Shown in pieces: positions 1-11,887 of a DNA stretch of 64,000 nucleotides (the stretch's first letter is position 1; every line of letters begins with the position of its first letter). Where the stretch lies: positions 2,916,001 through 2,980,000 of the forward strand of contig CM075996.1 of NCBI GenBank assembly GCA_038087875.1. The letters run 5' to 3'. The notes under the pieces were generated by a model. That model did not search any database, had not been told where the DNA came from, and was given only the letters and a program-made list of their open reading frames with translations. A program made the translations under genes and the position numbers. Source of the stretch: Malacoraja senta. Taxonomy: Eukaryota.

Positions 1-383
1 CTTCTCTCCAGAGATGCTGCCTGACCCGCTGAGTTACTCCAGCATTTTGTGTCTATCTTGGTATAAACCAGCATTTGCAGTTCTTTCCTACAAACTTTGA
101 TCAACACTTTTTCTGGCTTTGACGAAACATGTTGGCAACATCTGAGAATTTCATTATGTTTTGCAAGCTGCAAAACCAGTTCCAACAAACGTGCCTGATC
201 ACTGCAAAGGAATGTCAAGCTTACAAGCAAGCTCCCCAATAGAGACGGATCTGGCTAAAATATACCCCGGTAAACAAATGGAAAGCTATAAACTAGCATT
301 GTACAAGACCTCATGTTGTTCTGCATCCCTAGCCCGAGCTGTACCGAATTCTTAATGTTTGACTGCATTACCATCACCATTAA

Positions 384-669
384 AGGGGCTGTCCCACTGT
401 ACCAGCTAATTCAAGAGTTCTCCCGAGTTTCCCCCGATTCGAACTCGGAGAATTACGGTAATGGCCGCTCGTTGGAACTCGGGGCTCTCGTGGACATTTT
501 TCAACATGTTGAAAAATCTTCACGCGTTTCCCGAGTACCTGCCGTTAGCGTTACGAGCCGCTAAGAGACGTCCCGAGCTCTGACGTACATTCTACCTGCT
601 TACCACGCGTTTGATTTTTTTAAAACTCGGGAGAGCTCTTGAATTACCATGTACAGTGGGACAGGCCCT
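384..669. mobile_element. Non-autonomous DNA transposon (MITE), PIF/Harbinger-like, 286 bp
   Basis: ~47-bp imperfect TIRs (AGGGGCTGTCCCACTGTAC...GTACAGTGGGACAGGCCCT) flanked by TAA at 381-383 and 670-672; a TWA TSD is typical of Harbinger. Confidence 0.8.
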
Positions 670-680
670 TAACAGAATCA

Positions 681-890
681 GAGACAGACACAGATAGCTA
701 GAGAAACTCAGCAGCTCAGGCAGCATCTCTGGAGAAAAAAGGATGGGTGACGTTTCGGGTCAGGACCCTTCGTGAGACCCAAAACATCACCCATTCCTTC
801 TTTCCAGAGATGTTGCCTGACCCGCTGAGTTACTCCAGCACTTTGTGTCTATCTTTGGTATAAACTAGCATCTGCAGTTCCTTGTTTATC
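681..890. mobile_element. Penelope-derived inverted terminal-repeat pair (representative; similar pairs near 1820-2010, 2055-2500, 8625-8845, 20835-21040, 30845-31045, 32632-32835, 41822-42050)
   Basis: GACACAAAATGCTGGAGTAACTCAGCGGG..GGCAGCATCTCTGGAGA..GGGTGACGTTTCGGGTCGAGACCC followed by its reverse complement; the same unit lies directly 3' of a GIY-YIG-like coding fragment at 35022-35168. Confidence 0.7.
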
Positions 891-3039
891 TCAACATAAT
901 CAGGTTTTGTGGTTGAAAGACACCACTGTCGAGAACTTGGGAGGGAGGTCGACTTAATTACTCATTAACTCATAGAAAAGAATTGTTTTTTTTAGTTCAG
1001 AGATACAGCACAGAAACAGGGCCTTCGGCCCACCCAGTCTGCATCGACCAGCGATCCCCGCACATTAACACTATCCTACAAACACACAAAGGACAACTTA
1101 CATTTATACCAAGCGAATTAACCTACAACGTCTTTGGAAGGTGGGAAGAAGCCAGAGCCCCTGGAGGAAACCCACACGGTCCCAGACAGTACCCATAGGT
1201 AAAGAATACCAAATCTTACCCTTTTGTCAGGATCAAACCAGGGTCTCTGGCGCTGTATGGCAGCAACTCTACCACTGCGCTACTGTGTAGGAAGGAACTG
1301 CAGATGCTGGTTTATCCCAAAGATAGACACAAAATGCTGGAGTAACTCAGCAGGACAGGCAGCATCTCTGAAGGGAAGGAATGGGTGACGTTTTGGGTGG
1401 AGACCCTTCTTCAGACTACACCACTGTGCCGTCCCCTTCTTGACACAAACACTCATCTATGCCACCAAAGGTAGACCACGGCTGTTGTACACATCATCTA
1501 TAAAGTGCACTGCGGTGACCTGTCTGGGATTCACGAAACAAACACACTGTACAAAATCAAGTCAGCATCTCGTGCAGTTCAAATGCCAAAACCTCAGGCT
1601 GCTAAATCACATTGAAGGACCAGCAGACTTCAGATGAACTTTGAAGTAAACTGATAGCAGTGGCAAGCAGAAGCGAAAGCAAATTAAGCTTACGCAAGAT
1701 TTGGCAAAAGTCAATCATGTGGAAAAACATCCAACAGGTTGCAAGGTCTGCCAGTTCCGCATCAAAGTGCAGAGTGTGCAAGATCAATAGGGTTTTACTG
1801 CAAGATACACACACAATTCTAGAGTAACTCAGCGGGTCAGGCAGCATCTCTGGAGAAAAGGAATAGGTGATGTTTCAGGTTGAGACCCTTCTTCAGACAA
1901 AGTTTGTGACATGAAACAGCCCCCATTCCTCCTCTCCAGAGATGCTGCCTGACCCGCTGAGTTACTCCAGTATTTGTGTATATTTTCCGTGTAAACTAGC
2001 ATCTGCAGCTTTCAGATTTTGCTTGGGCAGTTTACAACCCAGTGGTATGAATATTGAAGGTAGACACAATATGCTGGAGTAACTCAGCGGCTGAGGCAGC
2101 ATCTGTGGAGAGAAGGAATGGGCAACGTTTCGGGTCGAGACCCTTCTTCCTCACACACTGCATGAATATTGATTTCTCCAACTCCAAGTAACCCCTGCAT
2201 CCCCTTTATCTCCGTCCCTCTCCCACCCAAGACACACCAGGTACCCGTTCTCATCTGGAAAATGGCTGACAATGGCCTCTTTCTTTCATCATTACTTTTT
2301 TTGCTCATCTTTCATCTTTCATACATCAGCGTCTATATCTCTCGTTTCTCTCCCCCCCCCCCCCCCCCGGACTATGTCTGAAGGGTCTCGACCCGAAACA
2401 TTACCCATTCCTCTCCAGAGATGCTGCCTGTCCTGCTGTTACTCCAGAATTTTGTGTCCATCTTCGGTTTAAACTAGCATCTGCCGTTCCTTCCGACACA
2501 TTTCATCCGGGCAGTTCCTTCTTACACACAGGGTTTTACTGTATTTTAACATGGCAACACATTCCACAGCCATATCAAAATAAGCTCCCGCGCTGCTGGA
2601 TCTGCTGAGTAACTCAATTTTCCACACACCACCCTGATCTAGACAGCAAGATTTGTTTAAAATTCAGCAGCACTGACATAATATTTCTTAAGTGTATGTA
2701 CTGCTGAAACCAACTCATCACATGCTCAATGCTTGATCCCAAAGGAACATAAAAAAGAACACTTAGCTTTTAACGGCACTCACTTGAGGCAGAAAGACTT
2801 CTTCCCTCACTTCCCACCACAACTCCGATGCCTGCTCTGAAGCCAGAATTATGCATGTCATAAGATCATAAGTGATAGGAGTAGAATTTGGCCATTCTGC
2901 TGTGCCTGATCTGCTGTGTTCTTCCAACATTTTCATAAAGTCATAAGAGATAGGAGTAGAATTAGGTCATCCGGCCCACCAAGTCTACCCCGCCATTCAA
3001 TCACGGCTGATCTATCTATCCCTCCTAACGACATTCTCA

Positions 3040-3460
3040 ATAGACAATAGGTGCAGGAGTAGGCCATTCGGCCCTTCAAGCCAGCACCACCATTCAATAT
3101 GATCATGGCTGATCATCCCCAATCAGTACCCCGTTCCTGCCTTCTCCCCATATCCTCTGACTCCGCTATTTTTAAGAGCCCTATCTAGCTCTCTCTTGAA
3201 AGCATCCAGAGAACCTGCCTCCACCGCCCTCCGAGGCAGAGAATTCCACAGACTCCTACCTTCTCCCCATAACCCGACACCCGTATTAATCAAGAAACTA
3301 TCTATCTCTGCCTTAAAAATATCCACTGACTTGGCCTCCACAGCCTTCTGTGGCAAAGAATTCCATAGATTCACCACCCTCTGACCAAAGAAATTCCTCC
3401 TCATCTCCTTCCTAAAGGAATGTCCTTTAATTCTAAGGCTGTGACCTTTAGTCCTCACAT
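3040..3460 (-). mobile_element. CR1 (HER1-like) LINE 3' fragments, nested
   Basis: ORF2 C-terminus RTRGHSL..FFxQRVVNLWNSLP..FKxELD plus the conserved 3' stem-loop TGGGCCGAATGGCCT. Confidence 0.9.
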
Positions 3461-4849
3461 TACTCTTTCCCAAATGACAGTGCCACAGCCCTTTCCAAAG
3501 GACCTACCCTGACCCACATTACAACCCATCCTCTACTCATTAAAATCACTATGCTTTACCCTCCTCCCTGCCAAAATCCACCACTCCCCCCTCTCTCTCA
3601 GCATTCGGGGAGGCACAGCGGCACAGCTGTAGAATTGCTGCCCTCGCAACACCAGAAACCTGGGTTTAATTCTGACCTCTGGTGCTGTCTGTGTGGAGTT
3701 TGCACATTCTCCCCATGACCGCATGGGTTCCTCCCCTCGTCCCAAAGATGCGCGGGTCTGTCAGTATCTTACCTGCCGAGCGGTTGACATTATAACCATA
3801 TAACAATTACAGCACGGAAACAGGCCATCTCGGCCCTTCTAGTCCGTGCCGAACACTTACTCTCACCTAGTCCCATCTACCTGCACTCAGACCATAACCC
3901 TCCATTCCTTTCCCGTCCATATACCTATCCAATTTATTTTTAAATGATAAAATCGAACCTGCCTCCACCACTTCCACCGGAAGCTCATTCCACACAGCTA
4001 CCACTCTCTGAGTAAAGTTCTCCCTCATGTTGCCCCTAAACTTTTGTCCCTTAATTCTCAAATCATGTCCTCGTTTGAATCTTCCCCACTCTCAATGGAA
4101 AAAGCTTATCCACGTCAACTCTGTCTATTCCTCTCATAATTTAAAAAACCTCTATCAAGTCCCCCCTTAACCTTCTATCTACCCTTCTACTAGAAAACTC
4201 AACTATCCAACATTTGATGCCTTGATTATCTCAAAACCGCTGCTGTGTTCCATCCCATTCGCCGGACGAGGAGAGGGACGAAGGAATCGCTCCAGTACAT
4301 CGAGCGCGCGGACCGACCGGGCTTTGGATAATGGCGCCAAAACACGGCAGCACCCGCATGTGTAATATATGCAAAAAGAATTCCAACACGCATTTAGTTG
4401 CATGTGTGACAAATAAAACACTATAGACCAATCAACCTCCATCCTTCGTCTCCATGGCCCTTGAGACTCCAAACATTTGACAATTTCCACTACAGTTCCC
4501 CACCCCACATTGCAATGTTGACCTCTTCACCCTTTCAACCCGGGAGTCTTGAATCCCCTCTCCAAATTCGTCTTTAGATCTGAAAGGTGACCCAATTCCT
4601 GCTCTCACAAATCCATAAACCTGCTTACCATTTGACATTCCTCCTTGATCCTCGTGTATAGACACTGCAAGACTCTTTAATAGTATAATCCTTTACAAGC
4701 TGTAACATGGATCTCATCTCCCTCAATAAGAGAATACAGTTGCCCCAAGAAGCTGCAAAACTCTTAACAGCATAAAATCTCCTGCAGCATATCTTGACAT
4801 TATTGATACAATTAATCTTTCCCTGTGCTGGCACCATATGCACTGACTG

Positions 4850-5200
4850 GGCTTGGATAGAGTGGATGTGGAGAGGATGTTTCCACTAGTGGGAGAGTCT
4901 AGGACTAGAGGTCATAGCCTGAAAATTAAAGGACGTTCTTTTCGGAAGGAGACGATGAGGAATTTATTTAGTCAAAGGGTGGTGAATCTGTGGAATTCTT
5001 TGCCACAGAAGGTTGTGGAGGCCAAGTCAATGGATATATTCACAGCAGACATAGATAAATTCATGATCAGTACAGGTGTCGGAGGTTATGGGGAGAAGGC
5101 AGGAGAATGGGATTAGGAGGGAGATAGATCAGCTATGATTGAATGGCGGAGTAGACTTGAAGGGCTGGATGGCCTAATTCTACTCCTATCACTTATGACC
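4850..5200 (+). mobile_element. CR1 LINE 3' fragment
   Basis: DRVDVERMFPLVGESRTRGHSL...QRVVNLWNSLP. Confidence 0.9.
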
Positions 5201-6504
5201 TAATCACAAAACTAATCAATTACAAAATGAGAGAGGTTATGTTTCAGCTACGCAAGGCATTGACGAACCACAGCTGGAGCACTACTCCAATCACTTATGA
5301 AATGTTGGAAGAACTCAGCAGGTCAGGCAGCATCTGTGGTGGGAATGGACAGACACCATTTTGGGCCAGGACCTTTCTTCATTCCCACCATAGATGCTGC
5401 CTGACCTGCTGAGTTCCTCCAGCACTTTGTGGCTTGCTCATGGATTCCAGCACCTGCAGTTGCTGATGCTTCATCTCAAATCTTAGTGTGCCACCATTTG
5501 CAGGTTTGTGGTTCCAAACACAAAGCATTCCCCCCCCCCTCCCCCTGAACAACAGCTGCTCACATTGTAAGTCGTGCCTTCGTTGGGGAAACAAAATGGA
5601 AAATAGTCTACTTCCAAGTGGGAGCGCATTCAAAGAGCGACAATAGTCAATAAAGACAACCTCAACCAAAGGCAGCGAGAGGAGAACCACAGTGGCACAA
5701 CTGGCAGAGCCGCCGCCTCCCAGCACCAGACGCAGGTTCGATCCCGACCTAGGATGTCGTCTCTGTGGAGTTTGCATGTTCACCGTGACCACGTGGGTTA
5801 GCTCCAGTTTTGTCTCACATCCCAAAGATGTGCAGGTCTGCAGGTTACGTGACCTCTAAAAAATGCCCCTGGTGTGTTAGTAATGGAGGGGAAAGGGGGA
5901 TAACATAGAACTAGTGTGAACAGGTCAGTGGGTCAAAGGGCCGGCTTCCATGCTGTATCTTTCAATCAAATGTTGACCAGAAAACACCATTATGCAGATT
6001 GTAGGGTGCAGTATTTTGACAGCCAAGGGCAAAGGAGTGGCTCCAAAATGTTACAGTATCACACAGTGGTTGAAAATAAATTAAAAGTTGTTGGACTTGT
6101 AAAACTGGCATAGCAATTGTCTGAACTCCACACTCCCTAATCAAACAACCGCACACCAGTTGCAGCCAGAGTAAAGAAAGCCAGGCAGGATTAGAAAGAG
6201 ATACAGCATGGAAACAGGCCCTCCAACCCAATTTGCCCTCAGCAGCCAACATACCCCATCTACACTAGTCCCACCTGCCTGCGTTTGATCCATATCCTTC
6301 TAAACCCGTCCCATCCATGTACCGGTCTAAATGTTTCTTAAACGTTGCCATAGTCCCCCTTGCCTCAACTACCTCCTCTGGCAGCTCGCTCCAAACACCC
6401 ATCACCCTTTGTGCGAAAAAGTTACCCCTCAGATCCCTATTTAACACAACAAAACAAAAAATCCTGGAAAACCATCTGCAGATCAGACAGCAACCTGCCA
6501 CTGT

Positions 6505-6790
6505 GGGTGGCATGGTGACGCAGCAGTAGAGTTGCTGCCTTTCAGCGCCGGAGACCCGGGTTCGATACGGACTACGTGCGTTGTCTGCACGGAATTTGTA
6601 CATTCTCCCCGTGGGTTTTCTCCGAGATCTTCGGTTTCCTCCCACACTCCAAAGACGTACAGGTTTATAGGTTAATTGGCTTGGTATAAATTGTCCCTGG
6701 TGTGTAGGATAGTGTTAATGTGCACGGTTTGCTGGTCAGCACGGACTCGGTGGGCCGAAGGGCCTGTTTCCGCGCTGTATCTTAGCTAAA
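6505..6790 (+). mobile_element. tRNA-derived V-SINE (HE1-like); further copies at about 14073-14360, 17635-17950, 41033-41305, 51900-52170 (+) and 985-1285, 16465-16775, 33125-33375, 36840-37140, 52513-52800, 53400-53675, 62045-62405 (-)
   Basis: tRNA-like head with A-box (GGTG.CGCAGC.GTAGA) and B-box (GGTTCGAT), V-domain (TCTCCCCGTG..GGTTTCCTCCCACACTCCAAAGAC), and a CR1-derived tail TGGGCCGAAGGGCCTGTTTCC..(CTAAA)n. Confidence 0.85.
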
Positions 6791-8004
6791 AAAAAAAAAC
6801 ATTAGAAGGGTCTAACAAGGACGTTGCCAACCCAAAAACATCTACTTTGTTCGTTCTCAATAACACCGCCACCATTTTGTTTTACTTCCGATTTTCAGCA
6901 TCTAGTTTTTTTTGCTGAAGTTTTTGATCCCAACCCTCCACTGTACAATGTGGTAAAGACTTAAAAAGGATTCTTGCCATAAATCGAAACGGAAAAGCTG
7001 TTTCATTGTTGAAGATAAAATGAACCACTTTAACACACGGGCTCAACTGGTACCACCAACAACATGTGCCAAACGTCGAGAGTAAAGACAATATCAGACG
7101 ACAGGATGTACACCTTTTCCCACACACTGCTAAACGAGATCAAACGTCACGGAAATGATTAATGGAATGAAAACATCAGGAAGAACTAGATTTTCTTTGG
7201 GAGCATTTACAGGCACATTTCCTCCAACTTTCTTAGTCGAAAAACAAAAGACCTCATGAGACAGACAGAGCTGCCCGGTGGCCAAATCATTTTGGCAATG
7301 TCGACAAGCAGGAGAAGAACTCCAGCTCCACAAACACAGGGCACGACCAATTCAAGGAAGCCTGCGCCTTTTCTCCAAGAAAAGTAAGTGCAGCAGGTTA
7401 GCCTAGCAACTAATCAGGAAGATAAACAGCTCATTGGCCTTTACTGCAAAAGGGGAGCGTGTCTAATAGAACATTCCTGCTACATTCGCACAGGGCAATG
7501 GTGAGACCACACCTACAGCAACACACAGCTTGAAACGTTTGTATTGGAGGCAGTTCAGAAGGGACTTGCTGGGTTAATTTTTGGAATTAAGGTGTTGCTT
7601 GACAAGGTAGGATTTTGCCAACACTGACTGAAGGTTGGAAGAGGGGCAATTTTCTTTAAAACTTAAGATTCCAGGAAAGCTTGACAAAGCAACGTCGAGA
7701 TGTTTTTAAAATCGCGAAACAGAGGACATGGTTCCGGAATAAGTCACAAATTTAAGGCAGATGAGAACTTCTCTCCAGAGGGGCTTGGATCTTTGGAATA
7801 CTCCAATACACCAGTCATCTGTTGAGGCCGAATCAGTGAATATTTTCAGGGCTGAGCTAAACAAATGTTTAGTTTACAGGGAGTTATAGGTTGTAGAGAA
7901 AAAGCAGGAAAGCAGAGAGGAGACCAAGATCAGATCAGATATGATTTTACTCCAGGGTGGTGTCAGTTCAAGGGACAATTTGGCCAACTCCTGTTCCTTT
8001 TGAG

Positions 8005-8447
8005 GAATATGAGGAAAGATTGAAAAGACTAGGCTTGTATTCACTGGAGTTTAGAAGGATGAGGGGGGATCTTATAGAAACATATACAATTATAAAAGGA
8101 CTGGACAAGCTAGATGCAGGATAAATGTTCCCAATGTGGGGCGAGTCCAGAACCAGGGGCTACAGTCTTAGAATAAATGGGCCATTTACGACTGAGGTGA
8201 GAAAAAACGTTTTCACCCAGAGAGTTGTGAATTTATGGAATTCCCTGCCACAGAAGGCAGTGGAGGCCAAATCACTGGATGGCTTTAAGAGAGTTAGATA
8301 GAGCTCTAGGGGCTAGTGGAGTCAAGGGATATGGGGAGAAGGCAGGCACGGGTTATTGATAGGGGACGATCAGCCACGATCACAATGAATGGCGGTGCTG
8401 GCTCGAAGGGCCGAATGGCCTCCTCCTGCACCTATTTTCTATGTTTT
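8005..8447 (+). mobile_element. CR1 LINE 3' fragment
   Basis: [26 protein letters not shown]... plus the 3' UTR stem-loop. Confidence 0.9.
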
Positions 8448-10671
8448 CAAAAAAGTAAGACGCTAAGTTCCCCCAGCGTCTTCCAGGTCAGGCAGCATCT
8501 GCGGAAGGAATGGACAGATGGCATTTCAAGTTGGGACCTTCTTCGGTGTCTTAAGGGTCTCAACCCAAAACATCAGGACCTCGGTCCTGACCCAAAGCTT
8601 CAGCTGTCCATTCCCTATATAGATGTGTGGGAAGGAAGTGCAGATGCTGGTTTAAACCAAAGATAGACATAAAAAGCTGGAGTAACTCAGCGGGACAGGC
8701 AGCATCTCGGGAGCAAAGGAATGGATGACGTTTGGGTCGAGTATGAAGAATGGTCTTGATTCGAAACGTCACCCACTCCTTCCCTCCCAGAGATGCTGCC
8801 TGTCCCGCTGAGTTACTCCAGGTTTTTGCATCTATCTTCCCTACATAGATGTTGCACAACTCACTTACACGTACAACATGTCCAATGACATAAAGCAGGA
8901 TGGAGGGAGAAAGTGGTGGATGCTGGGCAAAGGGGCAGTAAGAAGGACCAAAGGGGTCTTATCTTCCACGCTCTCACAGTTGTGGGCCCCACCCCACCCG
9001 GGAAACAAGGGCCGAAGAGGGCCGTGCAAGGAGAGGGACGATGGTTCGCAGGACGACCAGAATGGAGGGGAAGGCTGGAATGGGCCTGTGTGGCCAGCTC
9101 TAAAATGGTGCCAAAATGGCACCTCTTGCACATGGACTCAGTGGGCTGTTCTGTACATTCTCTACTAACCAGAGTTATGTACAAGTGATAGTCTTGCTAA
9201 GCTGTGTGCAAAAAATGTATTTCACTGTACCTTGGTACACATGATAATAAATAAACCATTAGACCATTAGTTCCTCCAGCACTTAAAAACAATTGTTTTT
9301 AAAACTCCCTCAAGATACCAACATCTGCAGTTTCTTGTAGAAACAGGGAACTGCAAATGTTCTTTGACCGAAGAGACACACAAAACGCTGGAGTAACTAG
9401 GGGTATCAGGCCGCATCTCTGGAGAGAAGGAATGGGTAACGTCTTAGGTCGAGAGCGTTTGGTCCGAAGAAGAGTCCCGACCCAAAACGTCACCCGCTCC
9501 TTCTCGCCAGGGATGCGGCCTGTCCCGTTGAGTTACTCCAGCATTTTGTGTCTATCTACTGGCATAGCGTTTTGGGAACCGCTCTGCCCAACAGCGCCAG
9601 AAATTGTAGAGAGTTGTGGATGCAGCCCAGCCTATCACACAGACCATCTCTGGAGAAAAGGAACAGATGATATTTCGGGTAGACACCCATCTTCAGATTC
9701 AGAGTCAGAGTTTGGGTCTCGATCCAAACCGTCACCTGTTCCTTTTCTCCAGAGATGCTGCCTGACCCACTGTGTTACTCTGGCAATTTGCCATCAATCC
9801 CCTTTCTTAAAACTTCCAGGAAGAAAAAGTCAGCCCAGCCAACACGCACCATTGTCTGGAATCATTCTTTCCAATCACCACCCACCCCTCTCATTCTGCA
9901 GCCCCACACATTTAAGTGGGTGCAAGAAATTTTAAACACTGGGCAGTCTTTAGAGGATGAAACAGGGGGGGGGGGGGGCAAAACCTCCCCCCCCCCCCCC
10001 ACCGCCAAAAACTAAAAAATAAACCTGGCTTCTCTTAATCCAATGCCCGTCATTACAGACAGCAACAACCATTGACAGCTCCAGTAACTACAACAGCTGC
10101 TGGCTACTTCCTCTAAAAGGAAGCAGACCCAGGCGAGAAAAATAGATGCAAAACAAAACATTAATTTAAAATAAAAAAAACTCAAAGAAAAATTATACAA
10201 AATCACCCCAAACAAAAATAAAATCAACCCCCAAATTCTTCCTTTCCAACTTCAATTTAAATACTTAGAGGGCAGAGTTTTTTCCCCCCCCCACCAAGAT
10301 TTAGGTATTATTTTAAATGCAAAATTCAAAGTTTTGGAAGGAGATATTTGGGGTTGATTTTTGGTTTGTTTGGGGGATTTGTACAATTTTTCCATGAGGA
10401 TATTTTTTTTAACATAATAACAACGATAATAATCTGTAGCATTGCCATAATACAATTTTTGCAGCATTTGTTACGAGATTTGTGGAATTTATTGCATGGC
10501 AATAATGCAGTCTTTGCAGCATTCTCGGAGGTTGGTACACATTGCCCGGTGATACATTTTCGCAGCAACGCATGATATTTGGAGCATTGTACCATGGTGT
10601 TTTTTTTTTTTTTGTGTGTGTGTGTTTTTTTTTTTTAATACGGATTATTTATTTACCATGTTAAAACTTAC

Positions 10672-10747
10672 CCAGGTAAATGTCCCCAAAAGAGCCGCTG
10701 CCAATCTTCCTGCCCAGCCTGTATTTGTTTCCAACTCTCAGCTCCAT
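10672..10747 (-). CDS. CSNK1E: Casein kinase I epsilon, first coding exon (76 nt; exon spans 10759-10672 including 12 nt of 5' UTR). Downstream exons were not found in 1-10671 and probably lie outside the window
   Basis: Translates [25 protein letters not shown](G) with the kinase glycine-rich loop; NKY matches CK1-epsilon (delta has NRY). Acceptor TTTTCTTTTTCCAG at 10760-10773; donor G|GTAAGT at 10671, phase 1. Confidence 0.93.
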
Positions 10748-10879
10748 CTTTATTTTGCTCTGGAAAAAGAAAATTAAAGAGGGGTGGGTTGGGGGAGAGG
10801 GAAGAGAAAGAGCCTTCAGTTTGGTGTTGTCTCTGCCTCTTGTGACTGAGGGAAAGAGGGTGGGTGAATGGATGAAGGG

Positions 10880-11315
10880 GAGGGAGAGGAGGGAGGGAGG
10901 CACTTTCCCCGCCGATTTAACCGTCAAAACGTCGAGGCCGACTCCCAATATCGCCGCCACCGCCTCGGCAAGAGGACGGGGGACGTGATCCGGCGGTTGT
11001 CGCGGCTCTCCGGCCGCGGGGGAGGGAGGATGGCCAAGGATTGCCCCGCTCTCGCTTACCTTCCTCCTCCTGCTGTCGCCGCCGCCGCCGCCGCGCTCCT
11101 CACGACCTCGCCATTATTTACAACGGAGGCCCGGTGACGTCACCACCGCCCCTCCCCCCCCATCCCTCCCCTCCCACCCCCCCTCACCACCTCCCCCCCC
11201 CCCCCCCCCCCCCGAGCGCTCCGCTCCGGGACCCGGATGCACGTCCACGTCAGAGAGGGCGGGGCCAGGCGAGGCGATTGGCGGTGCGCACCCACAAACT
11301 CCCAAATCATTGGTT
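10880..11315 (-). promoter_or_regulatory. CSNK1E: CpG-island promoter of CSNK1E
   Basis: GC- and CpG-rich; palindromic CRE GGTGACGTCACC 11133-11144; half-CRE ~11248-11252; GC box GGGCGGGG 11257-11264; CCAAT boxes (ATTGG) at 11277-11281 and 11309-11313; YY1-type AATGGCG at 11109-11115. Confidence 0.85.
11060..11130 (-). other. CSNK1E: Non-coding exon 1 of CSNK1E (5' end approximate)
   Basis: Strong donor AAG|GTAAGC at 11059 inside the CpG island, 300 nt upstream of the coding-exon acceptor; contains a (GGC)n run. Confidence 0.7.
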
Positions 11316-11326
11316 CTTGACTCTTT

Positions 11327-11887
11327 TGAGTTGAGGTTGTTGAGGTTGTTGAGGTTTTTTGAGGTTTTGGGATTTGGAGATTTGGTAGATTTGGTAGATT
11401 TGAGAGATTTGGAGATTTGGGAGATTTGAGAGATTTGGAGATTTGGGAGATTTGAGAGATTTTGAGATTTTGGAAATTTGAGAGGTTTGCAGATTTGGAA
11501 ATTTGAGAGGTTTGCAGATTTGGAAATTTGCAGATTTGCAGATTTGGAAATTTGAGAGGTTTGCAGATTTGGAAATTTGAGAGGTTTGCAGATTTGGAAA
11601 TTTGAGAGGTTTGGAGATTTGGGAGATTTGAGAGGTTTGCAGATTTGGAAATTTGCAGGTTTGCAGATTTGGAAATTTGCAGGTTTGCAGATTTGGAAAT
11701 GTGGAGGTTTGCAGATTTGGAAATTTGAGAGGTTTGCAGATTTGGAAATGTGGAGATTTGGAAATTTGAGAGATTTGAGAGATTTGAGAGATTTGGAAAT
11801 TTGCAGGTTTGCAGATTTGGAAATTTGGAGATTTGAAGATTTGAGATTTTGGAGATTTGGAGATTTGAGAATTTGGGGATTTGAGGT
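11327..11887. repeat. Minisatellite of ~9-bp units (GAGATTTGG / GAAATTTGA / CAGATTTGG variants)
   Basis: Directly visible tandem array with a ~27-bp higher-order period. Confidence 0.95.

Noticed and set aside
6505..6580. tRNA genes suggested by A- and B-boxes (many sites)
   Set aside because: All are SINE heads that continue into the V-domain or CORE body.
1..10671. Second coding exon of CSNK1E (expected ..GEEVAIKLE..KHPQL..)
   Set aside because: Not found by eye or in the ORF track; it presumably lies beyond the left edge of the window.
10748..10960. N-terminal extension of CK1-epsilon suggested by the 99-aa ORF
   Set aside because: It reads through intron 1; there is a clear polypyrimidine-AG acceptor at 10760 and the conserved start is MELRV.
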